Below, in pieces: positions 63,036 through 64,000 of a stretch of 64,000 bases of DNA. Under the pieces are notes generated by a model. That model made no database searches and had not been told where the DNA came from. It saw only the letters and a list, made by a program, of their open reading frames with translations. Position 1 is the first letter of the stretch, and every line of letters starts with the position of its first letter. A program made the position numbers and the translations under genes. The stretch is taken from the IMG/VR virus record IMGVR_UViG_3300042484_002457, positions 145,544 through 209,543 of that record. The stretch is one strand, 5' to 3'.

Positions 63036-63110
63036 GTCGCATTAGACTTCTGGTGAGGTCATCACCCTTTCAAGGTGACCAGACGGGATCGTAACCCGTA
63101 TGCGACTCCA
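63036..63110 (+). tRNA. tRNA-Glu(TTC), second copy
   Basis: GTCGCAT/ATGCGAC, TCACC-CTTTCAA-GGTGA, T-loop ATCGTAA, U73, CCA. Confidence 0.9.
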
Positions 63111-63196
63111 TTGATAAACACACTCACAGATCCGCCCGAGTAGTAAGGGAGACAGCGACTAACCGTTGAAGGACTGTTTAAAAGTGTGTTTTTCAA
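63111..63196 (+). ncRNA. candidate small multibranch RNA
   Basis: AAACACACT/AGTGTGTTT closing stem, ACAG/CTGT, TCC/GGA, CCC/GGG, CAGCG/CGTTG. Confidence 0.45.
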
Positions 63197-63197
63197 T

Positions 63198-63298
63198 GGG
63201 AGTGTTGCTAATACTGGCCTAAGGGCGAGATTTATATCCTCGTAAGCACCGTCTAGATAAGGCGGCGAATGTGGGTTCAATTCCCACCACTCCTACCA
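63198..63298 (+). tRNA. non-canonical tRNA with TAT (Ile) anticodon and long variable arm
   Basis: GGGAGTG/CACTCCT-ACCA; CGAG-ATTTATATC-CTCG; V arm CCGTCT/AGGCGG; GTGGG-TTCAATT-CCCAC. Confidence 0.75.
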
Positions 63299-63304
63299 AT
63301 TAAA

Positions 63305-63485
63305 CTGATCAGCCTGCGTCTAAAACTCAATGACGATGGGCCCAACTACCGGGGACACCTGTTACTCCACTGCCTCTGGGGATTAAGTTACCAGACTGCT
63401 AGTCACAGTTGTGCTATGTTGGTGGAAGGAAGTGAGCGCAGAGATGCGTTCAGCACCTTTAAACGCAGGGTAGTAGGCGGATCAG
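63305..63485 (+). ncRNA. candidate ~180 nt structured RNA
   Basis: CTGATC/GATCAG and CCTGCGTCTAAA/TTTAAACGCAGG closing helices; GAGCGCA-GAGA-TGCGTTC. Confidence 0.5.
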
Positions 63486-63500
63486 TTTATCCAAAACTGT

Positions 63501-63529
63501 TTGACAAGCAAAGAAGTTTGTCTTACAAT
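63501..63529 (+). promoter_or_regulatory. sigma70-type promoter
   Basis: TTGACA-17-TACAAT. Confidence 0.8.
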
Positions 63530-63537
63530 AGATACTT

Positions 63538-63659
63538 ACTTGATATTGTTGAGCACATTAGGAGTTTGTCTGGGAACCAGTAGAGTAATCTATCCAGAAC
63601 GGAGCAACGTGGGCAAGTTGGTTCTTGCTACGCCGACAGTGTGTTCAACAATATGAAGT
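63538..63659 (+). ncRNA. candidate ~120 nt structured RNA with its own promoter
   Basis: 15 bp ATATTGTTGAGCACA/TGTGTTCAACAATAT stem; TAGA-GTAA-TCTA; GCAAG/CTTGC. Confidence 0.55.
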
Positions 63660-63675
63660 TTGGTAAAATTAGTTG

Positions 63676-63704
63676 TTGACAAGTTCAGCAGTTGATGTTA
63701 CAAT
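63676..63704 (+). promoter_or_regulatory. sigma70-type promoter
   Basis: TTGACA-17-TACAAT. Confidence 0.8.
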
Positions 63705-63709
63705 AAGAT

Positions 63710-64000
63710 TCCGGGGCAGTTTAATGTCCTACTAGGCAGCTTGCTGTCTAGTGAAGAATAACTGTGGTGACACAGCCAAAGGAGGTATGCCTACATAACT
63801 CCGCCAGCAATGGTTCGTTTAGACAAGCCTGCTCAGATCCGCGAGGATCCCTTCACTGATAAGACCGGTGGAGGTAACAATGACGCTGGATGTTGTGGAA
63901 AGAATTAGTGGCTCAAGCGCCTGCAAGGGTAACGCAAGTCATTAGAGAGTAACAGGTGGTGCTGACCTCACAACAAAACCAGTCCAGTTAATTGGTATGA
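63710..64000 (+). ncRNA. 5' part of a large structured ncRNA (truncated by window end)
   Basis: No ORF of 60 aa or more; ACTAGGCAG/CTGTCTAGT, CTGTG-GTGA-CACAG, GATCC-GCGA-GGATC, CCT-GCAA-GGG GNRA hairpins. Confidence 0.6.

Noticed and set aside
63198-63298. Reading the loop as a TTA ochre suppressor
   Set aside because: Stem symmetry centres the loop on TAT with U33 before it
63421-63440. SRP RNA because of GGAAGGAAG
   Set aside because: No CAGG internal loop and the GGAA is not closed by a stem
61348-63583. ORFs 61348-61818, 62756-62950, 63062-63280, 63269-63583 from the ORF track
   Set aside because: They overlap clear tRNAs or structured RNAs and lack SD and protein-like features
1-64000. 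Stop-codon reassignment as in some large phages
   Set aside because: Known enzymes are full length in code 11 and no suppressor tRNA is present

Overview
This 64 kb window is part of a large, T4-like (late promoter TA(T)AAATA, PolB, gp45-like clamp, RNase H) tailed-phage genome in standard code 11, almost all on the + strand. The host is probably a freshwater betaproteobacterium, inferred from the Porin_4-type porin, Bug/TctC proteins and the tmRNA tag ANDEQFALAA. Blocks in order: (1) ClpA; (2) 3-22 kb late genes including modular multi-domain proteins with T4 capsid-targeting-like N-termini and hydrophobic-x-E domain boundaries (NTase, zincin, amidoligase, ParB-like, LysM), an inverted glycan/radical-SAM cassette and Dps; (3) PolB (apparently AUU-initiated), methyltransferase, clamp, then a 7-deazaguanine cluster (TGT/DpdA-like, FolE, QueD x2, QueE, no recognisable QueC in the window) interleaved with glycosyltransferases, GalE, DegT-like, Rieske oxygenase, PP-loop ATPase and B12 radical SAM genes; (4) RNase H, MazG-like genes and small sigma70-driven early genes; (5) three paralogous PP-loop proteins mixed with orphan solute-binding proteins, a circularly permuted tmRNA and a porin; (6) a tRNA/ncRNA island with several non-canonical tRNAs and unexplained structured RNAs running off the window end. 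Six free-standing HNH/GIY-YIG homing-type endonucleases are present, two sharing a covarying structured leader. All family assignments are from motif recognition by eye; no database searches were run.
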